IMG/VR virus record: IMGVR_UViG_3300033066_001054
Strand: one strand, 5' to 3'
Source: a virus
Taxonomy: Duplodnaviria > Caudoviricetes
Length of the DNA stretch: 64,000 nt
Shown: positions 17,524 to 27,299 of the stretch, in pieces
How the letters are laid out: each line of letters starts with the position of its first letter
How positions within the stretch are numbered: position 1 is the stretch's first letter
Program-made: the position numbers and the translations under genes
The notes under the pieces: model-generated
Databases searched by the model: none
Told to the model about the DNA's origin: nothing
The model's input: the letters and a program-made list of their open reading frames with translations, nothing else

Positions 17524-17705
17524 CACACGAACAAGAAACCGATTACAAACTCCCCAATGGTAAGTCATGCTGGATTACCGTTGGCAAGTTTAGTGTCTAC
17601 ATCACGAATCACGCTGGCGTAAGCGGTCAGTCAATCGAGGTGTACCGAAAAGGCAAGGAGATGGAGAATCCCGTGGAGACTATTCAATTGGAACAACCGA
17701 AATGA
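17517..17705 (+). CDS. hypothetical protein
   Basis: overlap-coupled ORF. Confidence 0.6.
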   Translation: MLTHEQETDYKLPNGKSCWITVGKFSVYITNHAGVSGQSIEVYRKGKEMENPVETIQLEQPK

Positions 17706-17941
17706 AAGGCCAAAACAAGACCGAGGTCTTTATCCTAGTCAAAGGATATGACTATGATGGTTCGAGCATTATCGGCGCGTATGCCACACATGACATAGCT
17801 GTGAAAATGGCGAAGACTGTTATGGACAGCGAACGTGGCTGGGGAGCATCATGGGTTGAAGTCCCAGAATCTAACGGCTCTGCTTGGAGAAATGGAAGCA
17901 CGGTCGTGCATATCGAGAAACACAAGGTGATGGAAAAATGA
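17702..17941 (+). CDS. hypothetical protein
   Basis: ATGA overlap. Confidence 0.65.
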   Translation: MKGQNKTEVFILVKGYDYDGSSIIGAYATHDIAVKMAKTVMDSERGWGASWVEVPESNGSAWRNGSTVVHIEKHKVMEK

Positions 17942-18330
17942 GCGAAACCGCACAAGAACAAGCACAACGAGAAACCAAGGCACGCATGGAACGCCTTGGG
18001 GGCGTTTGGAATCCGATTATCTGCGACATTCCCGAAGAGGCTTGGGAACCCGTGGGTGATTTTGATGAGGATGAGAACGGGCAAATCATTGATGCACGCA
18101 CCAAACTCAAGGTTTGTATGAGGTTCGCGGGCATCATGATGCACGTCGAGGCCATTGAGGTCTACGAAGTTGAAGAAGGTCCGGAGGCCGGATTCTTGAA
18201 GGCCACAAATCCGTATCTCGAAGTAGATGTCGAACGCATCTGGGCTATCGCAGGTTGGGAGGGTGACAGTCCCGACTTGCTTGAGGTTCAGGGTCGTCAG
18301 TACCTGCTCACGATGTTCCCGTTCGCATAA
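17938..18330 (+). CDS. hypothetical protein
   Basis: ATGA overlap; stop just before a motif. Confidence 0.7.
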   Translation: MSETAQEQAQRETKARMERLGGVWNPIICDIPEEAWEPVGDFDEDENGQIIDARTKLKVCMRFAGIMMHVEAIEVYEVEEGPEAGFLKATNPYLEVDVERIWAIAGWEGDSPDLLEVQGRQYLLTMFPFA

Positions 18331-18371
18331 CCACCGGCCCCGGAATTTCGATTCCGGGGCAACATACCATT

Positions 18372-18851
18372 ATGATTCACATGGTTGAAACCGACTACGC
18401 GAGCCCGGTGCTCCGTAACCTGATGACATCAGAGCGCACCATGCAAGATGACGAGCGAATGCTTGCCATATTCAACGGCGTTCCTGAGAACCACACATTT
18501 GTAGACAAGTATGGACCCGAGTCCATTTTCGCCCAAGTCGGACTGAGCTGGTGGCGAGATGTGGTTCCGCGACTCAATGAAGACTTCATTCTGTCACCTG
18601 TAGAGTGTGGCGCTGTGGCTCAAATGGTCATGGACAATATGCCGCCGTCACCGACCAAGGTGATTCAGGCCATGGGTGAAGGAACCGAGCTTGCACATTG
18701 TGCAGAGCAGTATCCTGAGGCCGAGGTTATTCGAGACCCATCAGTGCCATACAGTGCGATTGACCAGTCTGTGTTCTTCTTCAAGCTAGGGCAACTGGTC
18801 GGTTTCTTGAATAACGGTGCTTACAGCAACGGAATCGTGGTCTCACCTTAG
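18372..18851 (+). CDS. hypothetical protein
   Basis: ATG 37 nt after motif. Confidence 0.7.
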   Translation: MIHMVETDYASPVLRNLMTSERTMQDDERMLAIFNGVPENHTFVDKYGPESIFAQVGLSWWRDVVPRLNEDFILSPVECGAVAQMVMDNMPPSPTKVIQAMGEGTELAHCAEQYPEAEVIRDPSVPYSAIDQSVFFFKLGQLVGFLNNGAYSNGIVVSP

Positions 18852-18879
18852 CAGGTGTTGGCCGGTCTAGTGTATAATA

Positions 18880-18913
18880 GGGGCGTACTCTTCGGAGTAC
18901 GCCCCATTTTTTG
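18880..18913 (+). terminator. intrinsic terminator
   Basis: GGGGCGTACTC-TTCG-GAGTACGCCCC followed by ATTTTTT. Confidence 0.75.
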
Positions 18914-19008
18914 TTTCGGAGGAAGTTTCAATGCCAAACCGTATCATGCGTTAGCAATATCATCTAACTGACGAGATGTGTATTGCTGACGCTACAGAGG
19001 TCAGGTAT

Positions 19009-19353
19009 ATGAAACATCAACGCACCCGCGACTATCGTCGCTCTGTACGCGCTCGCGCTATCGCGCACGCCTTCGACATTTATTGGCACTCATGGGGAGA
19101 ATGCGACGACGCATTTAAGTCCTATCGCTATTACGACCATTGTCGAATCATCCTCGACCACGAGCAAGCTCGCTGGTACTACGAGGACCAGCACCGCATT
19201 AAAGTTCTCGACTGGGCCAAGCAGGCCGCAGATAATATGCGGCTGTGCTCGTGCTTTTTGTGCTCTGGGTACAAGAAATACGAGAAAACTCCCCAAGATT
19301 TACGTGAAGCAGCTCGTGATGCGTGTGATTTAGACGAGCTCTGGGGTGAATAA
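19009..19353 (+). CDS. hypothetical protein with CSCxxC motif
   Basis: MKHQRTRDYRR...LCSCFLCSG; GAGGT upstream. Confidence 0.65.
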   Translation: MKHQRTRDYRRSVRARAIAHAFDIYWHSWGECDDAFKSYRYYDHCRIILDHEQARWYYEDQHRIKVLDWAKQAADNMRLCSCFLCSGYKKYEKTPQDLREAARDACDLDELWGE

Positions 19354-19732
19354 ATTGGTCTTCAGACCGATTTTGGGTTCAAAATCTATAATCTGGGTTC
19401 TAAATAACTTAGAAATCGGTTTGTTGACCTAATTCCAACTTATAAACCTCGAATTAAGAAGTTAACAACGGCCGTTTGAACCTGGACCAGCGCCCGCAGC
19501 GGCCCTGGTCCGGTCGATGGCATCGGGCCTAGATTTATAAATCGAGCAGATTTCGAGCCCCGTAGGTTCAAAATCCTATGTTTTTGAGGCCTGTTTTAAT
19601 TTGGTTTTATATGGCCTTATTCGAGTTATTCTCGAGTATATTTCTCGAGCGGCCGGCGGAGCTGCTCGCACGCCGGCGAGCGACGCTAAAATCCCGGCCC
19701 CGGAATCACGCTAGGTCGGATTTAGGTTCAAT

Positions 19733-20224
19733 ATGACTGAGCTCAGACGACAGTTGGAATGGATTGCGGCCCTTGGTAAAGAGGAGGAGCTGCGCGGCAT
19801 CGGCACCTATGAGCGGTTCGTCCTGAAATACGGATATGAATTCTCTGGTGCCATCGAACTCCCTTCGCATGTTCAACGGGGCGAGATGAAGTTATGCTTT
19901 GGTAACGCGGCCCTGATGGCATTGGCGTTTCCTGAAGAGTTCATCTACACCGAAGGATATGCATATCAAGAAGGAATACCACTCACTATTGCCCACGGTT
20001 GGCTCACCAATCGACAGGGGCAAGTGGTCGACCCCACCTGGGGCGTCGACAAGCACGTTGACTACTTCGGCGTGCTCGTGAAGCCTGAATATGTCCGGCC
20101 CAGGGCTGGACTTTCAATGATTGACGACTGGCAGAACGGCTGGCCTCTGGTCCTGTCCGAATCGCCGGACGAGCATCTCGTTGAACTCGAGAAATGGATT
20201 TCGGGCTCCGGCCCCGGAACTTGA
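19733..20224 (+). CDS. transglutaminase/papain-like fold protein
   Basis: CFGNA...YTEGYA...IAHGW...VVDPTW (Cys-His-Asp pattern). Confidence 0.65.
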   Translation: MTELRRQLEWIAALGKEEELRGIGTYERFVLKYGYEFSGAIELPSHVQRGEMKLCFGNAALMALAFPEEFIYTEGYAYQEGIPLTIAHGWLTNRQGQVVDPTWGVDKHVDYFGVLVKPEYVRPRAGLSMIDDWQNGWPLVLSESPDEHLVELEKWISGSGPGT

Positions 20225-20278
20225 TTGAGCCCGGATTTTTGAATCAACGCGGTTTGAAAAAACCGAAAGAGCACGCTT

Positions 20279-21433
20279 ATGGAAACAATGACCAAAACGA
20301 TTAGGTACAATGAGGCTGTGAAGGGTCTCCCCGACGAGATTAAGGTCTCCGATTTGAAAGCCAATCCTGGCAACTACCACGCACGACAGCTCCGTAACAT
20401 CGTGGTATCGTATGGTATTGGTGATGCGAAGTGGCGCAACTTGGCGCCGAAGGAAGAACTGATTAAGGCACTTGAGGATAACTTCCCCAATGGCATAATC
20501 AAGGTTCTGAAGGCTGGTGATGAGGTTTTGAAAACCGAAGGCGCACCTGCAAAGCCGAAAGCTGAAGCACCTGCACCGACGAACATCCTCCCCGGTCTGT
20601 TCATCCCGAAGGAAGACGAGTCTTTCGTCTTCAACGACAACCTGCGTTCATATCTTTCTGCATTGCGACGTATGTCGCAGGGTTCGACGGATATTATGAA
20701 CACGTTGCTTGTCGGTCCCCAGGGATGCGGTAAGACTTCGGTGGCTTATGAGTTCGCCGCAAAGACGAAGATGCCTTTGCTCAAGATGAACTGCCCGTTG
20801 GTTCGTGAACCCCGAGACTGGTTCGGTGCGAAACGTGCTGAGAACGGTTCGGTGTTCTGGGACAAGGCTTTGTTCGCTGAGGCAATCGCCCAAGGTGGTT
20901 TGATTGTCCTGTTGGACGAAATCACCCGTGCGACTCCGAACGTACTGAACTCGCTCCTGCCACTCTTGGACTGGACGCGAGAATCGTATGTCGAAGAAGC
21001 CAAGGAGAAGTTGGTGGTCGGACCGAAGACGTACTTCTTCGCAACCGCCAACATCGGTGCGCAATTCACTGGTACGTTCAAGCTGGACTCTGCTCTGGCT
21101 GACCGGTTCGGCGCAATTGTTGAGTGTTCGTTCTTGCCTGCCACAGAAGAAGCCGAATTGCTGGTGAAGCGAAGCGGTATCTCTCACGACGTGGCAAGTC
21201 GCTTGGTCAAGGTGGCTAACATGGTGCGAAACGAGAATCAGACCAGCGGTAAGCTGACTGAGACCATTTCAACCCGTGTCCTGCTTGACGTAGCACGGCT
21301 GTATGTCCCTCTCAAGGAGACGGCTTTCCGGTTCACGGTGTTGCCGAAGTTCTCCGCTGACGGTGGCAAGCAGTCCGAACGGGCACAAGTGCTCGGCTTC
21401 ATTCAGGGTCAGTTCCCCAATCTTGTTCTCTAA
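20279..21433 (+). CDS. MoxR/CbbQ/CobS-like AAA+ ATPase
   Basis: Walker A GPQGCGKT, Walker B VLLDEI, ATAN, LDSALADRF, ISTR. Confidence 0.9.
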   Translation: METMTKTIRYNEAVKGLPDEIKVSDLKANPGNYHARQLRNIVVSYGIGDAKWRNLAPKEELIKALEDNFPNGIIKVLKAGDEVLKTEGAPAKPKAEAPAPTNILPGLFIPKEDESFVFNDNLRSYLSALRRMSQGSTDIMNTLLVGPQGCGKTSVAYEFAAKTKMPLLKMNCPLVREPRDWFGAKRAENGSVFWDKALFAEAIAQGGLIVLLDEITRATPNVLNSLLPLLDWTRESYVEEAKEKLVVGPKTYFFATANIGAQFTGTFKLDSALADRFGAIVECSFLPATEEAELLVKRSGISHDVASRLVKVANMVRNENQTSGKLTETISTRVLLDVARLYVPLKETAFRFTVLPKFSADGGKQSERAQVLGFIQGQFPNLVL

Positions 21434-21529
21434 GCAGAACGGGGTTGAGCTGACCCCGAACTGCCGTGCTCTAAAAGGGGTCGGGTAACTCCCGGCCCCG
21501 GAACTACGAATTGAAGGAAAACAAGAATC

Positions 21530-23446
21530 ATGAAACGCTCTTCAGCATCAAAAGTCGTAACGTCCATGTTCGGGTTCGATAGACCCGATAAGCAGGACGA
21601 CAAATCACTACTGAAAGATGGTCTGCGAACTGTCAGCCGTATCCTGTACGCTGCTGGTGGCTTGCACGACAAACACCTTTCGGTAGCTTACTCTGATGGT
21701 CAATCGGTTAACGAAGTCGGTGGTCGGGTGGTCTATCTTGACTCTGACGTGGTTATCAAGCCACGGCAAGAGTTTCAAGATTACGACGTTCGCAACGACG
21801 TTCTGGTTGGTTCTGCTTTGGTTGGCGCAAATGCCAAGCTGACTGCTGATGCTCAGTTCTATGATTCTTTGCAAGAGGAAGATGAGAACATCAAGCGCAT
21901 CTACCAGTCTACTGAGTTCCGCGCCTCTGAAATGCGCGTTGAGAACGAAGCACCGGGTTTGGCGCCTTATCTGGATACACGGTCTGACTACTACGTTGAC
22001 GACAAGTTTGTTCAGATGCTCAACGATGCAGTACAGCAACCTGAGACACATTCAGAAGTGGCTTGTGCGCTGTTGAACAACGCACTACTGCACCGCAACG
22101 CCGGCAACGTCATTGACATGGGTGTTTACACCGAAGCGGTCAACGAAGCTGTTGGACGGCTTGAGCGATGCGACAAGTCGCAAGTTCGACACCAAGAGGC
22201 AACCGAAATCGTCAACTGGTTCAGGGAAATGTTCGACCCCGAACCTCCCCCTCCCCCTCCTAGCGGTGGTGGTGGTGACGAAGACCAAAACCAAGACGAA
22301 GACCAGCAAGAGGGTCAAGGTGGTGGTCAGGGTGACGAAGACGAAGACCAGCAAGAAGGCAAATCGCCCAACGGTGGTTCTGGTGATTCGGACGGCGAAG
22401 GTGATTCGGACGGGCAACCGAACGAGCAACCAGCGAAGCCTGATATGTCTGGTGCGAACCAGAAGTTCGACAAGGAACTGACTGCTGTCTCTGGTGAAGT
22501 CAATAACGAAACCGGCAACAGCAAAGCGGTCAAAGCGGTCTGCGGTCAACCATCCAAGGGCAAGGACAAGCCTGGTGAGGGTGAGATTGGTCTGGAGATT
22601 GGCGAAGATATGCCGTGCAACGGTTGGGGCGATGAAGTCGAACCAGCAACTATCACGGTTGGCAAAATCGCAACTGGTTCCGTTGACGAATACGAAGCAA
22701 TCAAGGCTAATGTTCGCGTTGGCATCCGCGCCCTTGTGAACAAACTTGCTTGGACTGCTCAACTTCCGACCATGACCGAACACGGTTATCGAAGTGGTGA
22801 CTTGGACGAAGGTTCTTTGTCCAACCTGTTCCTGCATGACCCGCTACCTGCGGTGTTTCAGCGAACAGAGATTACGGCGCGTCCTGACGTTGCTGTGGGC
22901 ATCATGGTAGACGAATCTGGTTCAATGAGCGGTAGCAAGATTGCTTCGGCGCGTTCCGTTGCTGTCATGCTCACCGAAGCGTTCAATCAGATTGCCGGTA
23001 CACGGGTTCGGGTGTGGGGTCACACTACGGGGGATTACCGTGGCGATGAATGCAAAGTGATTCCGTATGTCACGGCGCAAAGCAAGTCACCTCACGGTAT
23101 CGCAACAATGCAAGCCAGAAGTGGCAACATTGACGGTGCCGCCTTGTGGTATGCCGCCCAAGAACTTGCTAAGTTCGACGCTGACGCCGAACGTCGCATC
23201 CTGTTCTGTATCTCTGACGGATTGCCTAGTGGTGGTCAAGAAGACGGTGTAGAGTACAACCGACGCAAAGCAGAAGCATCCCGAAACATCGGTGTGGAAG
23301 TCTTCGGTATCGGTATCCTGAACGCCTATAGTGACCACGTTGGCGAAAGGTTGTTCGGCAAGGATGCCTACTGTATCTTCCCCGATGTTGAATCGGCTGG
23401 ACAAGTAATCGGCGCGTTCATCACCCGTGTGGTGAACCGCCTCTGA
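21530..23446 (+). CDS. CobT/NorD-like VWA-domain partner protein
   Basis: acidic Gly/Asp/Gln linker, GYRSGDLD, MIDAS DESGSMS, ISDGLP; adjacent to AAA gene. Confidence 0.88.
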   Translation: MKRSSASKVVTSMFGFDRPDKQDDKSLLKDGLRTVSRILYAAGGLHDKHLSVAYSDGQSVNEVGGRVVYLDSDVVIKPRQEFQDYDVRNDVLVGSALVGANAKLTADAQFYDSLQEEDENIKRIYQSTEFRASEMRVENEAPGLAPYLDTRSDYYVDDKFVQMLNDAVQQPETHSEVACALLNNALLHRNAGNVIDMGVYTEAVNEAVGRLERCDKSQVRHQEATEIVNWFREMFDPEPPPPPPSGGGGDEDQNQDEDQQEGQGGGQGDEDEDQQEGKSPNGGSGDSDGEGDSDGQPNEQPAKPDMSGANQKFDKELTAVSGEVNNETGNSKAVKAVCGQPSKGKDKPGEGEIGLEIGEDMPCNGWGDEVEPATITVGKIATGSVDEYEAIKANVRVGIRALVNKLAWTAQLPTMTEHGYRSGDLDEGSLSNLFLHDPLPAVFQRTEITARPDVAVGIMVDESGSMSGSKIASARSVAVMLTEAFNQIAGTRVRVWGHTTGDYRGDECKVIPYVTAQSKSPHGIATMQARSGNIDGAALWYAAQELAKFDADAERRILFCISDGLPSGGQEDGVEYNRRKAEASRNIGVEVFGIGILNAYSDHVGERLFGKDAYCIFPDVESAGQVIGAFITRVVNRL

Positions 23447-23494
23447 CCTCAAATGCCCGGCCCCGGAGCCGGGCATTTCTTCATTTATCGAATC

Positions 23495-23929
23495 ATGGAA
23501 AACTCCAAAGACCCGATGGAAACAGGCACATTTCCAATGCCTGACTTTGATGCGCCAAGCGCACATGAGAAACTAATCCTTCAGAACATGGCATTGATTC
23601 TGACGGGTCGGTTTGTGGGCAAAATCATGCCTTACATCCAACCAGCACCCGGTCTTAGTTACGTTGATGTGTTCATCACGTTGACCGCAGATGTGCTGAA
23701 GGTCGCCGCAATGTCCATGGAAATGTCCAAGCCGTCACCAGATGCGCCGAATGACTTTGCCACCTGCCTTGAGAGCGCATCTGTTCGCATCACCGACTTA
23801 CTGAAAGACGGTATCGACCCAGAAGCCAAGGCAGAACTCGAAGCGAACATCAAATCGCTTACCACAATGGGCATGGCTGCTGATATGCTCAATGTGCTTG
23901 AGTCACTGTTTCCGAAGCCGCCTCAGTAG
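23495..23929 (+). CDS. hypothetical protein
   Basis: ATG 37 nt after motif. Confidence 0.7.
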   Translation: MENSKDPMETGTFPMPDFDAPSAHEKLILQNMALILTGRFVGKIMPYIQPAPGLSYVDVFITLTADVLKVAAMSMEMSKPSPDAPNDFATCLESASVRITDLLKDGIDPEAKAELEANIKSLTTMGMAADMLNVLESLFPKPPQ

Positions 23930-23969
23930 AGGCGGCCCCGGAAACCAACCACTAACGAATTGAAACATC

Positions 23970-24335
23970 ATGAAAGTTGATTGGAAACTCCTAGCAAAAC
24001 AGAAGGCCACGTTGCTTGATTTAATCAGCAATGGTCTCTTAACGACAGAACAGCGCGAAGACCTAGAGGGAGTCGTGAACTTCATTGACTCAGAGCAAGA
24101 TTGCGCCGCTGACCGGCTTGAGACCGGCGAGGTGGTGTTCTTGCATGAAGACGGCTACCACGACAGCGATGGTAAACTTGTCGCACCGAGCGACTGGGAA
24201 GCCGGTCCGAACTGGCGTGGAATGCTCCGCGATGTGGTAAACTCCGAGGATGACACGGGGTGTGACGGCTTGACTGTCATTGACAAGGATGCATACGACA
24301 AGCTGTACGACGCCTGGTGCAAGGTGCCACAATGA
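23970..24335 (+). CDS. hypothetical protein
   Basis: ATG 37 nt after motif. Confidence 0.7.
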   Translation: MKVDWKLLAKQKATLLDLISNGLLTTEQREDLEGVVNFIDSEQDCAADRLETGEVVFLHEDGYHDSDGKLVAPSDWEAGPNWRGMLRDVVNSEDDTGCDGLTVIDKDAYDKLYDAWCKVPQ

Positions 24336-24646
24336 TTAGAGCAGAAGTACACGACGACGAGTTCAGGACATCATCGCGGTTCGATGCTACAGCTTGGTTT
24401 GAGCAAGCCTCTGACAAAGAGATTCTCGACTTGGCTAAGATTGACTGGAGAGGAGACCAAGCGGCGGATTATGTCGCTGAGTTCTTCGAGGGTCATCACA
24501 TTGGCACGCCGGAAACAGTAGACGAGGTGTTTAAGGCTGTCAACGTGCTGGACACCGGTTTCGAGGTGTCGGTCGAACCAGAGGATGCAGTGCGATGGGT
24601 TGAGGCGAACCGACCGCATCTCATGGAGCAGATAAATGACCTTTGA
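24332..24646 (+). CDS. hypothetical protein
   Basis: ATGA overlap; FDATAWFEQASD...RP motif. Confidence 0.7.
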   Translation: MIRAEVHDDEFRTSSRFDATAWFEQASDKEILDLAKIDWRGDQAADYVAEFFEGHHIGTPETVDEVFKAVNVLDTGFEVSVEPEDAVRWVEANRPHLMEQINDL

Positions 24647-24836
24647 ACACGTCAAAAAAGGCGATACAGTAACGCGCCTTATAGGTGGCACATTGCCGAT
24701 GGAACTCAAGGTCACGAAAGTTGACGACAAGCTGATTCACTGTGGAGACTGGACTTTCGATAGAGTGACCGGTGGTGAAGTTGATGAAGACCTTGGGTGG
24801 ACCACGGACCGAACAGGTAGCGTGCTCAAACAATAA
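24636..24836 (+). CDS. hypothetical protein
   Basis: overlap-coupled; stop just before a motif. Confidence 0.7.
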   Translation: MTFEHVKKGDTVTRLIGGTLPMELKVTKVDDKLIHCGDWTFDRVTGGEVDEDLGWTTDRTGSVLKQ

Positions 24837-24903
24837 CCCCGGCCCCGGAGCTTCGGCTCCGGGGCTTTTTTCGTTTATCGGCCTGTGCCGAAGGAGAACA
24901 AAA

Positions 24904-25404
24904 ATGGGAATGGGATTTAGCGGCTCATACGCCGAAGTAATCGAACCTGACAAGCTGGCTACAATCGCGCCGGCTGCTTGGCAAAGCGTACAAAGCCTCT
25001 TGACCGAAGATGTGGCCGATGGCAAACAAGACTTGTTCTTGCAAGTCATGGCTTATCTGTGGATGTCCGACCAGTATGGCGCGGACATGATTGATGACAA
25101 ATGGTTAAAGCCAGAAAGCCCCTTGTATAGCGGCGCAGATGAAGAGGCGTTCGAGCAACGTGTCAAGTTGTACGAAGACGCCTTTGATATGTTGCGCAAG
25201 GAGTTTGAATTCGCCACCGCTGTAGGAGACAGCAAGCTGGAGCTCTACATGGGATACCATGATTGCGACTCTGATGGCGACCGATATGATGAAGTTGATG
25301 GTGCATACTTCTGTGTTGACGGATGTTATGAACCCACTCCGGCCGCGAAGGGACTACTCAAGGATGGAACTATCGAACGCAGGTGGTTCGTAATACTCTG
25401 CTGA
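24904..25404 (+). CDS. hypothetical protein
   Basis: SD AAGGAG; hairpin leader beginning 37 nt after motif. Confidence 0.7.
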   Translation: MGMGFSGSYAEVIEPDKLATIAPAAWQSVQSLLTEDVADGKQDLFLQVMAYLWMSDQYGADMIDDKWLKPESPLYSGADEEAFEQRVKLYEDAFDMLRKEFEFATAVGDSKLELYMGYHDCDSDGDRYDEVDGAYFCVDGCYEPTPAAKGLLKDGTIERRWFVILC

Positions 25405-25691
25405 TGAACATGGAAGCAATCAACCGCGACGGCGCGGAAGTCAAGCCAAAGGAACTCTTGGGCACCCATACGGGTGCCCTGTTCGTTGGCTGCTTTAGTG
25501 CCGGAATCGCACTCGACGGTGGTGTGACGCTGATGTTCAACCACCCAGGCGATGTGCCAAAAGAACTGATGCCATCGAAGCGGGCGCATTTTGTGCCTGT
25601 CACTGTGAAGGTCTACATTGACCATCTCGAGCGCATCGTTTACGACGCCGAACGCTCTGGGCCTGATTTTCTCGAGCGGCCCCGGACCTAA
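25404..25691 (+). CDS. hypothetical protein
   Basis: TGATG overlap. Confidence 0.6.
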   Translation: MNMEAINRDGAEVKPKELLGTHTGALFVGCFSAGIALDGGVTLMFNHPGDVPKELMPSKRAHFVPVTVKVYIDHLERIVYDAERSGPDFLERPRT

Positions 25692-25715
25692 TCAACCGAA
25701 TGAAACACAAAACTG

Positions 25716-26021
25716 ATGGATGCTTTCGAAATCCCCGTAACAGACGAGCAGCTACCTGCTCCGCCAACTAAGTTCTGGAAAACCACAATCTCGGTGACAA
25801 TTCTCACCGAAGGTGATGAACCGCCCAACTACAGTTCGCTTGCAGATGTGGCCAGTGATATGATTCATGGCGACGCGAGCGGCCAGTGGACGACAAACGA
25901 ACATGAGGAACTCCAGCCGCAGGCCATGGCCGACGCATTGGTCGAGCAAGGGTCCGACCCTGAATTCCTTGGCATTCAAGTGGATGACGACAACAAGGTG
26001 GTAGGAATCGGATATGCCTAA
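25716..26021 (+). CDS. hypothetical protein
   Basis: ATG 39 nt after motif. Confidence 0.7.
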   Translation: MDAFEIPVTDEQLPAPPTKFWKTTISVTILTEGDEPPNYSSLADVASDMIHGDASGQWTTNEHEELQPQAMADALVEQGSDPEFLGIQVDDDNKVVGIGYA

Positions 26022-26205
26022 GTTCACCGTCACATCTACTGGCCTGGCCAGAATGTCTCAAACAGTCACAGTCGAGGCCGAAGACGCGCAGCAGGCCGAG
26101 GAGAAAGTCCGCTCTGACGAGTTCGACACCTACCACGGCAACCAAGTCTGGAAGTATCTAGGCATGGAAGACAACTCAATCGAGGTTGACGTACAGCCTC
26201 TCTGA
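26014..26205 (+). CDS. hypothetical protein
   Basis: VEAEDAQQAEE motif common in small phage proteins. Confidence 0.65.
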   Translation: MPKFTVTSTGLARMSQTVTVEAEDAQQAEEKVRSDEFDTYHGNQVWKYLGMEDNSIEVDVQPL

Positions 26206-26247
26206 CGACGCGGCCCCGGAGTTAAACTCCGGGGCAATCAAACCATC

Positions 26248-26793
26248 ATGGGAAAAATCATCCTTATCGTTGACACAGAGGAACCCGGAGCATTCGACAG
26301 CACGAGTAGCATGGCGGTCATCAATCTTGACACCGCATTTGTTTATCGTCTGAGTGTGCTCACGACCGATTTGAAGAAGAACCACCCTGACTTTTCCGAA
26401 CTCAGGATGTGGGGCTCATACACCGAGTATTACGACGGGCCGAATGGCGACCAGTTGCTCGACGCCTTGAGCAAAATCGCAGAGGCAGACGCCAAGAGCG
26501 GTTTGTTTAGAATCACTGAGGAACAGGTTGATGAGATTCGTCAACTGTACCAAGACAACGGTTCGTTCAAGTGGCCGGCCAACATCGAGTTCAATCTGCG
26601 CGATTTGCTCAATATGACCGCAGAAGATTACGGCGAGGAACAGAGCGAAGACGAACCCGACCCCATGAGTGTGGACATCGAGGAAATCGTTGCCGAGTCT
26701 GGAGACTTCCGATGTGCGGCGTATTACGGCGACCAGCAGGTGTACACCAAGCACGTACCCTACTCTTGGGTGCTTGATGAGGCGGCAGTCTAA
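26248..26793 (+). CDS. hypothetical protein
   Basis: ATG 37 nt after motif. Confidence 0.7.
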   Translation: MGKIILIVDTEEPGAFDSTSSMAVINLDTAFVYRLSVLTTDLKKNHPDFSELRMWGSYTEYYDGPNGDQLLDALSKIAEADAKSGLFRITEEQVDEIRQLYQDNGSFKWPANIEFNLRDLLNMTAEDYGEEQSEDEPDPMSVDIEEIVAESGDFRCAAYYGDQQVYTKHVPYSWVLDEAAV

Positions 26794-27020
26794 TGTGGGT
26801 GCTTGACCTGACAACCGACCAAGGTGGCGGAAGCTATGGGATGTATCTCATGAAGTGTGATTTCGGGCACAAGTCCGATGTCGAACAACTCGTGGGTGAA
26901 ATCATAGAGAACTTCGAAGCAACAGGAAATGATGAGTGGGATGTCTCTGATATTTCCAATGAGCTGAACGCAAAAGGCTTCGAGAACGAGTACATCGACT
27001 GCCTGAGCATCAACGTCTGA
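26793..27020 (+). CDS. hypothetical protein
   Basis: TAATG overlap. Confidence 0.65.
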   Translation: MWVLDLTTDQGGGSYGMYLMKCDFGHKSDVEQLVGEIIENFEATGNDEWDVSDISNELNAKGFENEYIDCLSINV

Positions 27021-27061
27021 CCACCGGCCCCGGAGCAAAAGCTCCGGGGCTTTCTTTGTTT

Positions 27062-27295
27062 ATGCCCGATGTGCTAAACTTCCAAGACCTCGTTCGCATG
27101 AACGAGCGAATACAACATGACGAAGACAACGACGGTGTGACAATCGCCACGTTGTTTAACAACACTTGTGAAATGGGACTCGAGATTCGATATATCGAAG
27201 ACTCTATGTGGGAATTCGTAAATCCGAATGAGGCCCAGGAAACACTCGACACAATTTGGCAGAAAGATGCCAAACGATGCGGATTGGACGCATAA
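27062..27295 (+). CDS. hypothetical protein
   Basis: ATG 37 nt after motif. Confidence 0.65.
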   Translation: MPDVLNFQDLVRMNERIQHDEDNDGVTIATLFNNTCEMGLEIRYIEDSMWEFVNPNEAQETLDTIWQKDAKRCGLDA

Positions 27296-27299
27296 AACC

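Noticed and set aside
18968-19014. Hammerhead ribozyme (CTGACGA...GAAA); also CTGATGA on the minus strand near 60861-60867
   Set aside because: I could not build stems I and III with a correct cleavage triplet in either case.
20279-23446. Cobalamin biosynthesis genes cobS/cobT
   Set aside because: No cobN or other cob genes are present; phage CobS/CobT-like pairs are general AAA+/VWA modules, so no gene symbols were assigned.
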